Below are positions 9,514 to 18,759 of a stretch of 58,098 nucleotides of DNA, one piece after another. A program made the translations under genes and the position numbers. Origin of the DNA: Candidatus Dormiibacterota bacterium (GTDB lineage: Bacteria; Chloroflexota; Dormibacteria; Aeolococcales; Bog-877); NCBI GenBank assembly GCA_027319585.1, contig DAHVMY010000005.1, positions 1-58,098 on the forward strand, given 5' to 3'. Under the pieces are notes generated by a model that saw nothing but the letters and a program-made list of their open reading frames with translations, ran no database searches and was not told the DNA's origin. How positions within the stretch are numbered: position 1 is the stretch's first letter; each line of letters starts with the position of its first letter.

Positions 9514-11804
9514 GGAGGTTCTTCACCGCCCTGGGCCGACTCTCCGTTCGCTTCCGAGTGCCCGTGGTGTTGGCATGGGTGGTCATCGCGATCGTCTGCA
9601 TCCACGCGCTGCCAACCCTGGCGTCGGTCAGCAAGGACAGCAACTCCGCCTTCTTGCCCAGCTCCGCTCCGTCAATGAAGGCCGCCCGACTCGCCAGCCC
9701 GTTCCAGAGCTCAAAGCTCGCGGCCTCCACCCTGGTGGCGGTGAGCGACCAGGGGCCCCTCACGAGCCGCGACCAGGCCGCGATCAGCCGCTTCGAAGCC
9801 GAGATCTCCCACCTGCCCAAGGTCAAGCTGGTCCGTGACCTCGGCACCTCACCCAACGGGGTGGCCAGACAGGCCCTGATAGAGGCCGCCGTTCCCGCCT
9901 TCGGAGGCGGCGGTGGGCCGGCTTTGGTGGCATCGATCCGAGATCGCTTCGCAGCGGCGAGCGTACCCGGGCTGACGTACTACCTGACCGGCGACCTGCC
10001 CACCGTCATCGACAGCCAGCAGTCGTCCAAGAACTCCCAGAAGTTGACCCAGCTCTTCTCGGTGCTGTTCATCCTGGCCCTGCTCTTGGTCGCCTTTCGG
10101 TCCGTGCTCGCTCCCCTGGTCACCCTCCTGCCGGCGGCACTGGTCCTGGCGCTCTCTGGGCCAGTGGTGGCAGAGGCGACCCACATCGGAGTCCAGGTGT
10201 CGGTAATAACCCAGGTCATCCTGATCGTCCTGGTGCTGGGTGCCGGAACCGACTACGGTCTCTTTCTGGTCTTCCGGGTCCGCGAGGAACTCCGGGGAGG
10301 GCTCGCGCCCCACGATGCCGTGATCACCGCGGTCAGCACCGTGGGAGAGTCGATCACCTTCTCGGCGTTGACCGTGATCGCGGCCCTGCTGAGCCTCACC
10401 CTGGCTCAGTTCGGCCTCTACCAGAGCCTGGGGCCGGCTCTGGCGATCGGGATCGGGCTGATGCTGCTGGCGGGCTTGACGCTGCTCCCGGCGCTGCTGG
10501 CGATCTTCGGCCGAGCCGTGTTCTGGCCCACCGACACCCGCCCCGAGGCCCGACCGCGAGCCAGCATCTACAGCCGGCTGGCGGGGGGAGTGGTCCGACA
10601 TCCCGCCTGGATCCTCATCGGCGGGGTGGTGGTCTTCGGGGGACTGGCGCTCGGCAACCTGACCAGCACCACCGCCGGATTCGGCAACACCAATGCCCCC
10701 GCCGGAACCGATTCGGCAGCAGGCGCAGCCGTGCTCGCCAAGGACTTTCCCGCCTCCAACGTCCAGGACACGGCGGTTTTGTTCCGGCTGCCGAGGTCGG
10801 CATGGTCCGACCCCGCCCAGCTCAGCACAGCCCAGACCGCCCTTCAGAGCTCCGGCCGGTTCAAGTCGGTGATCGGGGCACTCACGGCCTCTCACCTGAG
10901 CGCCCAGCAGATTGCTGAGCTCCACACCACTCTGGGGGCTCCGAGTCGCCTTCCCGAGATCGAGCCCGCCGGCTACGCCGTCCCGGCGGCGGCCTACAAC
11001 GCCTACCGCGCCCTGGCGCAGTTCATCAGTCCAAGCGGTCGCACCGTGCAGTTCTCGACTTTGCTGCAGCACAACAACGACAACTCCGCCCGAGCGCTGG
11101 CGGCGGTGCCGCGGGTGCGAGCGACGGTGGCGGCAGTGGGCCGCCGGATCGGGGCGACGGACGCAGGCGTGTTCGGAGTGCTGCCGTTCGCCTACGACGT
11201 GCAGAACCTGTCCAACAGCGACCTCCTGCGCATCATCCCGCTGGTGGCGGTGCTGATCGCGCTGCTGCTGGCGATCGTCATGCGCAGCCTGATCGCCCCG
11301 CTGTACCTGGTGGTGAGTGTGGTCCTCTCCTATCTGGCGGCCCTGGGACTGGTGGCGGTCATCTTCGTCCACCTGGCAGGCGAGGATGGGATCAACTTTC
11401 TCCTTCCCTTCCTGATGTTCGTGTTCCTGATGGCGCTGGGGTCCGACTACAACATCCTGGTCATGACCCGCATCCGCGAGGAGGTGCACACCATGCCGCT
11501 GCGGCAGGCGGTGCGTCGGGCGGTGGGGATGACGGGGACCACGGTCAGCACCGCCGGGCTGGTGTTGGGGGGCACGTTCGCGGTTCTCGCCATCGCAGGG
11601 GGTGGCTCCGGCGGTGGCACGGAGATCGAGCAGATTGGATTCGGGATCGCCGCCGGGGTCTTCATGGACACCTTCGTGATCCGGACCCTGGTGGTGCCCT
11701 CCCTGGTGGCACTGCTCGGACGCTGGAACTGGTGGCCGTCACCTCTATCCCGGCGCCACCCGCCAGTGACACTACGCGAGCTCCCGGCTCGAGCCGAGTC
11801 CTGA
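9510..11804 (+). CDS. MMPL (RND superfamily) transporter
   Basis: Two MMPL repeats, GAGTDYGLFLVFRVREE and ALGSDYNILVMTRIREE. Confidence 0.93.
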   Translation: MRRFFTALGRLSVRFRVPVVLAWVVIAIVCIHALPTLASVSKDSNSAFLPSSAPSMKAARLASPFQSSKLAASTLVAVSDQGPLTSRDQAAISRFEAEISHLPKVKLVRDLGTSPNGVARQALIEAAVPAFGGGGGPALVASIRDRFAAASVPGLTYYLTGDLPTVIDSQQSSKNSQKLTQLFSVLFILALLLVAFRSVLAPLVTLLPAALVLALSGPVVAEATHIGVQVSVITQVILIVLVLGAGTDYGLFLVFRVREELRGGLAPHDAVITAVSTVGESITFSALTVIAALLSLTLAQFGLYQSLGPALAIGIGLMLLAGLTLLPALLAIFGRAVFWPTDTRPEARPRASIYSRLAGGVVRHPAWILIGGVVVFGGLALGNLTSTTAGFGNTNAPAGTDSAAGAAVLAKDFPASNVQDTAVLFRLPRSAWSDPAQLSTAQTALQSSGRFKSVIGALTASHLSAQQIAELHTTLGAPSRLPEIEPAGYAVPAAAYNAYRALAQFISPSGRTVQFSTLLQHNNDNSARALAAVPRVRATVAAVGRRIGATDAGVFGVLPFAYDVQNLSNSDLLRIIPLVAVLIALLLAIVMRSLIAPLYLVVSVVLSYLAALGLVAVIFVHLAGEDGINFLLPFLMFVFLMALGSDYNILVMTRIREEVHTMPLRQAVRRAVGMTGTTVSTAGLVLGGTFAVLAIAGGGSGGGTEIEQIGFGIAAGVFMDTFVIRTLVVPSLVALLGRWNWWPSPLSRRHPPVTLRELPARAES

Positions 11805-11829
11805 TCGGACGTCCAGCGCCCGGCCGCGA

Positions 11830-13365
11830 TCAGCCGGCCCTCTGCACCTCGGGTTCGTTGCCCGCCACCGGGGTCCGGGGGCTCGAAGCCGTCGCGTCCG
11901 CGCCATCGGCCCAGCCCGCCCTCCGGTTGCCGTACACGACCAGGACCACCACCAGCGCCAGCAGCGGGATCTGGGCGAGGTACTCATCCAGGCTCCGCCA
12001 GCTCAACCAGAAGGCGGCGAGCGTCAGCACGGCAGCTGCGATGCGCCATCGCGGCCAGAAGACACCCCAGGCCCAGATGGCAGCGATGGCCAAGCCGGTT
12101 GCTACCAGCCAGTCGATCCGGGGCGGGGCCGACCAGAACCGGGCCAGGACCAGCTCCGACGGCCCCGAGCCAAGGGGGAAGGTGTGGGCCCGGAGGCTGT
12201 TGTAGACGGCGACCAGCGCATCCGGGTAGCGCACCAGCAGCGGCACCACCGCCACCAGGAGCGTGGCCCCAACCCCGAGGCCGCGCTTGAGCCATTGCGG
12301 CCGGTCGGCACAGAGCAGGACGTAACCGGGGAGGAAGAACCAGGCCAGCTCATTGCTGCCGAGAGCCAGCCCCAGGCAGATCGCGGACAGCCACGGGCGT
12401 CTCAGAAAGACCACGCTGAGGGCCAGGAGCACGTAGGCGAACGCCTCCGCATTGCCGTTGGCGGCAAAGTTCACCGCTGACCCGTTGAGGAAGTAGCTCA
12501 GCAGGAGCAGCCCGCCGGCAGCTGGCCACAGTGGTCCGGCCACGACCACCAAGACCACGAGAAGAACCGCGATCGGGATCAGAGTCCACAGAGCACGGGT
12601 TGAGGGTGACGCCGAGGCGACCGGCACCACCGCCAAGGGATCCAGGGGCGGCTTGCCCAGGGGCGAGAACAGCCGCTGACCGCCGTGGTCGGGGCTGTTG
12701 GCGGCGGCCAGGATCTGAGCCGGGGTCGGGTAGACCTTCACGGAGGCGAGCGGGCCCACCCGGTAGGGGGTGGCCAGCAGCGGCGAGAGCCCCAGGCTCT
12801 GCAGGCACGGGATCTCGGCGACGTGGTACGGATCGGCTCCGGCTGATATCGCCCGGGCCCCACAGACCGCCATCGCGTTGGCGTCGTCGACCAGCAGGTG
12901 ATGGTCCGCCACGGCGCGACCGATGCCGGTCGCCACCACCAGCATCGCCAGGACCCCGAGCAGGGGGCTCGCCCAGAGCAGACGGTGGGCCCTCAGCCGC
13001 CTCAGCCAGGCCGGAAACGGCCGGCGCAGCGCCAGCGCCACCAGCACGCAGAAGCCGGCGAAAGCCAGGTACTGGATGATCAGGTTGGCCAGCAGAGCGG
13101 AGCGACCGGGAACCCGCTCGGCCAACCACAACCAGTTGGAGAACTTGAAGGCTCCATAGGCGATCACCAGGATCCCCACGCGGTCAGCCAGCTCACCCCG
13201 GGGTTGCCACACCGGGCTCAACCGCCTTGCCCAGGCGCCTAAACGGTTCAACGGTGCCATTCTGCCGGGTCGAGCCAGGACGCCAAGCCATCGAGGCCAG
13301 GGTGGGACGCCTGGGTCAGCTTTGGATTCGCGGTCACCAGGCCGACGGAGCGGAGTCGAGGCCAA
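11830..13365 (-). CDS. Polytopic membrane protein, GT-C/GT87-like glycosyltransferase candidate (start uncertain, possibly near 13260)
   Basis: Many TM helices, loop DD motif, G.DPY and PP motifs reminiscent of GT87/DUF2029. Confidence 0.55.
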   Translation of the reverse strand: MASTPLRRPGDRESKADPGVPPWPRWLGVLARPGRMAPLNRLGAWARRLSPVWQPRGELADRVGILVIAYGAFKFSNWLWLAERVPGRSALLANLIIQYLAFAGFCVLVALALRRPFPAWLRRLRAHRLLWASPLLGVLAMLVVATGIGRAVADHHLLVDDANAMAVCGARAISAGADPYHVAEIPCLQSLGLSPLLATPYRVGPLASVKVYPTPAQILAAANSPDHGGQRLFSPLGKPPLDPLAVVPVASASPSTRALWTLIPIAVLLVVLVVVAGPLWPAAGGLLLLSYFLNGSAVNFAANGNAEAFAYVLLALSVVFLRRPWLSAICLGLALGSNELAWFFLPGYVLLCADRPQWLKRGLGVGATLLVAVVPLLVRYPDALVAVYNSLRAHTFPLGSGPSELVLARFWSAPPRIDWLVATGLAIAAIWAWGVFWPRWRIAAAVLTLAAFWLSWRSLDEYLAQIPLLALVVVLVVYGNRRAGWADGADATASSPRTPVAGNEPEVQRAG

Positions 13366-13471
13366 TGTGAGGTGCCGGCGTCAATGCCCCGGCGGCGACC
13401 ACATCCCGCGCGGCGACGAGCTCCCGCTCACGAGCTGGGCCCGCGGACCCACGCCAGGAGGCGCCGTCGCC

Positions 13472-14980
13472 TCACCCCTGGGCGAGTGCCGCCAGGAACC
13501 GGGACAGCAGATCGGCGCCGAACCCACTGGGCTCGGGGTAGCCAGGGCGGATGCGGAAGGTGCGGCGGCCATCCTCGAGCCGCTCCGCGCGCAGGTACAG
13601 GGCGCGGTTCGGCCCGGTGTCGGGAATGCCTGTGGCCAGAGTGAAGAAGTGACTCACCACGATGACGGTCACCTCCGCTTCGAGCAATGCAGTGATCACC
13701 TGGCGGCCGATCTCGGACCCCTCCGCCTCGTTGGTGCCGCTCAGGGGCTCGTTGAGCAGGAGCAGCGCTCGCGGCCTGAGCCGTCCCGCGGTCTCCGCCA
13801 AGCGCGCCAGATCGCTGTCAAGGCGGCCGCTGTCCAGGCCCGCCTGCTCGCCGCGCACGAAGTGGGTCTGCAGGGTCGAGGCCAGCCCAGCGGAGTACTC
13901 CTGGGCGGCTACGAACATGCCCGCCTGCAGCATCAGTTGGGCCACGCCCACGCTGCGCAAGAAAGTCGACTTACCCCCGGAGTTGGCTCCCGTGACCACC
14001 AGCAGGCGTCGACCCACGGCCTCGACGTCGTTGCCCACAAGGGGGGCGTCGGCCCGCAACACCAATCCGGCATCCACCAGCTGGCGGCACCGGAATCCCG
14101 CCTCCATCCGGGAAAGCGGTTCCGGCCAGCACAGAGTTGCGCCCCTCGCCTCAAGCGCGCGCTGCAGGTTGGTGCAGGCCAGGTAGTAGCCCACCTCGAA
14201 TCGGAGTTTCACGAAGAACCCGAGGACATGGTCGGCGGCCTGTGCGACCGCGTCGACGCCCGAATTCATCCCTCGATCGACCAGATCACTGAGCGCCTGC
14301 ATGCCGGCATCGTCACGCGGAGCGATCTGGAAGGAGTACTGCGTGCGCTCGCCCAACCCCAGGCGCTCCGCCCACCCCCTCCTGGACTCGGATGGCAGAC
14401 GCAACACCAGCTCCTGCAGCTGGTTGCCCGGCCCCAGTCGGCCGCTGATGGTCTGGGCCTCGCTGAGCCGGTGTAGCCCGCCCAGGCACGAATCGAGCGT
14501 TCCCAGATAGACGTCGTCCAGATCGCTGCTGAGCGCTGCCGCCAAGGCTCTGACTCCGGCGGAGGACTGTTGGGAGAGCCCTTCCTCCGCCAATTGGCGC
14601 AGCTGCCGGAGCAGCGGGACCAAAAGATCCAGCGACTGGGTTGCGCGCCTCAGCGCGTGAGCCGGGCGCCGGCTGGCCAGGGCCCAGATCCGGCGGTCAC
14701 CCTCGATAGCTGCCACCGCCAGGGAGTAGAGAGCGTAGAAGTTGCCCGGGCTCGCCAGACAATCTCGCAGGACCGCCTGGCGATAACTGATGTCGCCGGG
14801 AGACGTGAGGCTGTTCAAGGTGACCCGCCGGGCCACGTCGCGCAGAAACGGGTCCCCGGCGGCCATGGCTGTCCAGATCCAATCCAACCCAAGATCCAGC
14901 TCCAGGTCGTCAGCCCCGGGGGGTGGGTCGGCCAGCGGGTCCGACCCGCCCTCCGGTCCGAGGAGGTTCACCGTCAGCAT
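13472..14980 (-). CDS. Stand-alone MutS ATPase-domain protein B (MutS4-like)
   Basis: Walker A GANSGGKST, Walker B variant LLLNE, VSHF; no mismatch-binding or Smr domain. Confidence 0.88.
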   Translation of the reverse strand: MLTVNLLGPEGGSDPLADPPPGADDLELDLGLDWIWTAMAAGDPFLRDVARRVTLNSLTSPGDISYRQAVLRDCLASPGNFYALYSLAVAAIEGDRRIWALASRRPAHALRRATQSLDLLVPLLRQLRQLAEEGLSQQSSAGVRALAAALSSDLDDVYLGTLDSCLGGLHRLSEAQTISGRLGPGNQLQELVLRLPSESRRGWAERLGLGERTQYSFQIAPRDDAGMQALSDLVDRGMNSGVDAVAQAADHVLGFFVKLRFEVGYYLACTNLQRALEARGATLCWPEPLSRMEAGFRCRQLVDAGLVLRADAPLVGNDVEAVGRRLLVVTGANSGGKSTFLRSVGVAQLMLQAGMFVAAQEYSAGLASTLQTHFVRGEQAGLDSGRLDSDLARLAETAGRLRPRALLLLNEPLSGTNEAEGSEIGRQVITALLEAEVTVIVVSHFFTLATGIPDTGPNRALYLRAERLEDGRRTFRIRPGYPEPSGFGADLLSRFLAALAQG

Positions 14981-16626
14981 CGGAGGGAGCGGCGCAGCTG
15001 TGGGTACGTCAAGCCGTGTCGCTCTGCCAGCACCAGCGCGTGGGCGATGCCGTTTGCAGGCTGGCGCAGCAGCCGGAAGGTGCGCACGGCAGGGTCCTGG
15101 GGATCCACCTGGCTCACCATGCTGACCGTGCCCGGACCAATGCTCGCGAGCTCATCAATGAAGGTCACGTAGACCCCTACCACGCCTCGGGCGACCAGCC
15201 CCTCGATCACAGCTCGGCCCAGCCGGCGGCCGTCTTCCAGGCTGGCAGAGCTGAAGGTCTCGTTGAGAATGACGACGGAGTGTGCGGTGGCGCGCTCCAT
15301 GATGTCGGCCATTCGGACCAGATCATCCTCCAGGCGCCCGCGGAGATCCTCCAGCCTTTCCTGCCTCTCAAAGTGCGTGAGCAGCTCATCGCACAGCCTG
15401 AGGGTGGCCCGCCGACCCGGGACCGGGCAGCCCAGCGCGGCCAGGTGGTGAAGCTGACCGAAGCTGCGGGCAAAGGTCGTCTTGCCCCCCTGGTTCGGCC
15501 CGGAGACGATTAGGAGACGCTCATCACCGACCAGTTCGAAGTCGTTGGTGACCACGCTCAACCCGCGCTTGGCGAGCTGCGCCGCGAGGCTGAGATCGAA
15601 GGCCCCCACAGCCCGCTCGGATGTGGTGCCAGCTTCCACCTCTGGGTAGCAGAAGTCGAGACCGAGCTGTCGCAGAGGCTGGATCCAATCGCGGTAGGCC
15701 AGGTAGAAGTGAAGCTGGCGATCAATCGCCAGCACGGTGGGGTCGGTGAAGTTCTGGTGCCGGGCCCGGAATGCGTGGAGCGCCGCGAACGCCTGCGGGA
15801 ACAGGCGGGCGACCAGATCGAGAATCCGCTCCTCGACGCCGCTCAATTGCGGAGCCACGCGCAGCTGAAAGAGATGACTTCGAGAGGCTCCCGATCGAAA
15901 GCGCGCAAACGTGCTTTGCAACTCAGCTCCGTAGTCGGCCTCCCCCGTGAAGCGGCGGACTGTGACCCGGGCCCCGAGGATCTCCACCACATACTCCACC
16001 TGGTCCAATTGCGCCCGAACTTCAGCGGCCGCCTGCGCGGCCTCGATGAACGCAGCCGAGCGGGTCAACTCTTGCAGGAAGCTTCGGCATCGCCGCAGCC
16101 CGGGCGACCGTATGTCCAGCCCCTGGAGCCCGCCGGCGAGGTCTTGGACCGCGCCGAAGTAGGTGGTGGCTGATGCCAGAAACCAAGCCGCCTGTTGAGG
16201 CTGATGGTGCCCGCCCTGGCTCTGGGCCAGCAGCTCCCGGCAGTCGCTCATGGCAGCGCAGAAGGAGGTCAGGGCCGTGGCGACGCGCCCGTCCTCCAGA
16301 TCGCGAAAGACCGCCTGACGGTACCGGATGGTCGCTGTGGATGTGGCCCGGGTCAGGAACAGAGGATGTAGATCCCACTCCTCATGCGAAGACGCCACCT
16401 CCTCCACCAGCTGCAGCAGGCCGAGGTCGCTCGCGGTCGTGGGGTCTGACAACCGGCCCGGATCCGACGCCCGCGACGGGTCCTCGAGAAGGCTCAGCCG
16501 GGGTGGGGCCGCGTCGTCACGCGGCAGCTGACTCGGGGCAGGCTCCGGCCTCGGGGCCGTCACCGCCGACTTCATCGCGCCCTCCCCGACGGGTGGCGTC
16601 GAGTCGAGGGGAAGTTCACCGACCAT
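14974..16626 (-). CDS. Stand-alone MutS ATPase-domain protein A (MutS4-like)
   Basis: Walker A GPNQGGKTT, Walker B variant VILNE; stop overlaps partner's start; GGAGG RBS. Confidence 0.88.
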   Translation of the reverse strand: MVGELPLDSTPPVGEGAMKSAVTAPRPEPAPSQLPRDDAAPPRLSLLEDPSRASDPGRLSDPTTASDLGLLQLVEEVASSHEEWDLHPLFLTRATSTATIRYRQAVFRDLEDGRVATALTSFCAAMSDCRELLAQSQGGHHQPQQAAWFLASATTYFGAVQDLAGGLQGLDIRSPGLRRCRSFLQELTRSAAFIEAAQAAAEVRAQLDQVEYVVEILGARVTVRRFTGEADYGAELQSTFARFRSGASRSHLFQLRVAPQLSGVEERILDLVARLFPQAFAALHAFRARHQNFTDPTVLAIDRQLHFYLAYRDWIQPLRQLGLDFCYPEVEAGTTSERAVGAFDLSLAAQLAKRGLSVVTNDFELVGDERLLIVSGPNQGGKTTFARSFGQLHHLAALGCPVPGRRATLRLCDELLTHFERQERLEDLRGRLEDDLVRMADIMERATAHSVVILNETFSSASLEDGRRLGRAVIEGLVARGVVGVYVTFIDELASIGPGTVSMVSQVDPQDPAVRTFRLLRQPANGIAHALVLAERHGLTYPQLRRSLRC

Positions 16627-16660
16627 GCCGGCCTCCGAACCGCGGACCAGGATAGGGATC

Positions 16661-16710
16661 GGTAGAAGCCATTAGCCGATCGCGGCGGCATACGCGGGCC
16701 TCATCGCGCT
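16661..16710 (-). promoter_or_regulatory. Fluoride riboswitch (crcB motif)
   Basis: Minus strand GCGCGATGAGGCCCGCGTATGCCGCCGCGATCGGCTAATGGCTTCTACC: P1 CGCG/CGCG, GAUGAGGCC loop, P2 GCC/GGC, UAAUG, pseudoknot strand GGCUUC and UAC tail. Confidence 0.88.
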
Positions 16711-16912
16711 GGTGCCTTGATTGTCGCACCGGACCGGCCACCGCCTTAAGCGCAGGGCGTCAGGGTGCGCGAGCGGCTGATGGTGCGAGGCCCGGCGCAC
16801 CCGCCCACTCGCCCCAGACGGCTGCTCCTTGCGGAGACGAAAGCGGTCGGCCTGGGCGCTCGGCGCCTTGGCGTCGCCGTGCTTGGCCCGCGCCGAACTC
16901 GATAATGGGGAC

Positions 16913-17371
16913 ATGGACGAGGATCCCCTGGTCTTCACGGACCGCTGGGCGGTTCGCCAGTACGAGGTCGACTCCTACGGGCATGTGAACAACGCCGTCT
17001 ACTTGAACTGGGCTGAGGAGATCGCGGCGCGGCACGCTGAGCGCAGCGGGTTCGGCTCTGCCTGGGCCAGCGCCCACGGCGGGGCATGGGTCATCCGCCG
17101 CAACGAGATCGACTATCACCTGCCCGCCCGCTATGGCGACGAATTGGTTCTCACCGTGCGGGTGGAGGCCGTGCGGGGCTCCCGGGGCCAGCGACGCACG
17201 ACCATCGTGAGGGCGGCTGACTCGCAGCTCCTGGCAGAGATCTTCACCGAGTGGGTGTGGATTCGCCTACGGGATGGACGGCCGGCGCCGGTACCCGCGG
17301 AGCTGGTGGGCCTCGCCGCCGCGACCACCAAGCAGACGCTTGAGCGACGCAGCCTGAAGCGGCCCCGATAG
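16913..17371 (+). CDS. Acyl-CoA thioesterase (4HBT/YbgC-like hot-dog fold)
   Basis: VDSYGHVNNAVYLNWAE motif; probable leaderless start (GATAAT-N6-ATG). Confidence 0.88.
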   Translation: MDEDPLVFTDRWAVRQYEVDSYGHVNNAVYLNWAEEIAARHAERSGFGSAWASAHGGAWVIRRNEIDYHLPARYGDELVLTVRVEAVRGSRGQRRTTIVRAADSQLLAEIFTEWVWIRLRDGRPAPVPAELVGLAAATTKQTLERRSLKRPR

Positions 17372-17534
17372 CAGCTCGCCGGATCCCGCGGCCGTATAAT
17401 CTGGCCTCCATGTAGAGACAGCCCCGACCTCGGCTCGGCACCGCCTCCGGCGGTGTCAACCAACCGTTGACCGTCGAGTCGAGTGGCTCTGGCGTGCGGC
17501 CGCATCCGCATCCCTCCTTCACGGAGCTGCTCTC

Positions 17535-18734
17535 ATGCATTCCAGCTCGCTGTTCACCCCGCACCGCGGCGGGGATCTTCGCCGCCTCTACCTGATCGCC
17601 CTGGCCGAAGCCGCAGCCGGGGCGGCGGCGGAGGTGGCACTGGTCCTGCGGCTCACTTCGGCAACCGGCTCGGGATGGGTTGTGGCCGGCCTGTGGCTGG
17701 CTCAGGCCGTTCCCGCGATCGCCCTCTCGCCCTGGGCCGGGCTCGTGATAGATCGCGTCGAGACGGTCGTGCTGCTCCGTATGGTGACGGCCGCGCAGGC
17801 GGTGCTGCTGGGGCTGCTGGCGCTCACTCCCGGTGTCGGCGCGGTGCTCGGTCTGGGCTGCCTCCTGGGGCCCACGGCCTCGGTGGCGAGCGCCGCCGGA
17901 TTCGCACTCTTGGGGGCGATCCCTCAGCAGGGTCGGCGCCCGGGGCGCACCAGCCCCTTGGCGCTGCTGCAGGCGGCGCAGTGGATTGGCGCCACCACCG
18001 GACCGTTGGCCGGAGCCGGCCTGGTGGCCGCCTGGGGAAGTCGCTGCACCCTCCTTCTGGGCGCGGCTGTGTTCCTCGGCTGTTCTTCGGCTATGGGGAC
18101 TCTCGGATCCAGACGCCCTGGCCGCGGCCCCAACTCGACCCAAGACGCCCCCTGGGCCGGTTTCCGCCTGCTCCTCTCGGACCGAAGGCTCAGGGACATG
18201 CTGGCCCCGGTCGCGTGCGTCATTCTGGCGGTGAATCTGGGAGTGGTGATCGATGTGTTCCTCGCCACCCGCGATCTCCACGCCGGCGCCCTGGGCTACG
18301 GAGGCCTGGTGGCCGCCTGGGGAGCGGGGATGATCGCGGGGACCCTGGTTGGGGGGAGGGCGTCAGGGGAGAGCTTTTGGAGGGTGATCGCCGCCGGTGG
18401 CCTGCTCGCCGGCGTGGGGCTCGCCGCCGCGGGGGCCAGCCCCAGCATCGGGTGGGCCATCGCCGCCTACCTGGTGGGCGGGGCCGGCAACGGCCTGGAG
18501 GCGACTGCGGCGCGCCTGCTGCTCCAGACCAGGGCACGCTCGCAGGATCAGGGGCGCGCCTTCGCCGCCTACTCGGCCTTCGGCAGAGGTGCGGCGATCG
18601 CCGGAACCGTCGCCGGGGGCCTGGCGCTGGCGCCGCTCGGACCCCGGCACGCCCTCGAGCTGGCCGGGGCTCTGGCTGTCATGGCGGCAGTGGCCCTGCT
18701 GGGCCAACAGCGAAAGCCAGCGATGGCGGGCTGA
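17535..18734 (+). CDS. MFS transporter
   Basis: About 12 TM, AGLVIDRV motif-A-like segment, QGRAFA. Confidence 0.85.
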   Translation: MHSSSLFTPHRGGDLRRLYLIALAEAAAGAAAEVALVLRLTSATGSGWVVAGLWLAQAVPAIALSPWAGLVIDRVETVVLLRMVTAAQAVLLGLLALTPGVGAVLGLGCLLGPTASVASAAGFALLGAIPQQGRRPGRTSPLALLQAAQWIGATTGPLAGAGLVAAWGSRCTLLLGAAVFLGCSSAMGTLGSRRPGRGPNSTQDAPWAGFRLLLSDRRLRDMLAPVACVILAVNLGVVIDVFLATRDLHAGALGYGGLVAAWGAGMIAGTLVGGRASGESFWRVIAAGGLLAGVGLAAAGASPSIGWAIAAYLVGGAGNGLEATAARLLLQTRARSQDQGRAFAAYSAFGRGAAIAGTVAGGLALAPLGPRHALELAGALAVMAAVALLGQQRKPAMAG

Positions 18735-18759
18735 TCAGCCCAGAATGGTCAGCCCTGGG

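Noticed and set aside
13472-16626. Canonical mismatch-repair mutS or mutS2 call
   Set aside because: No mismatch-binding domain, no Smr domain, too short, no mutL nearby
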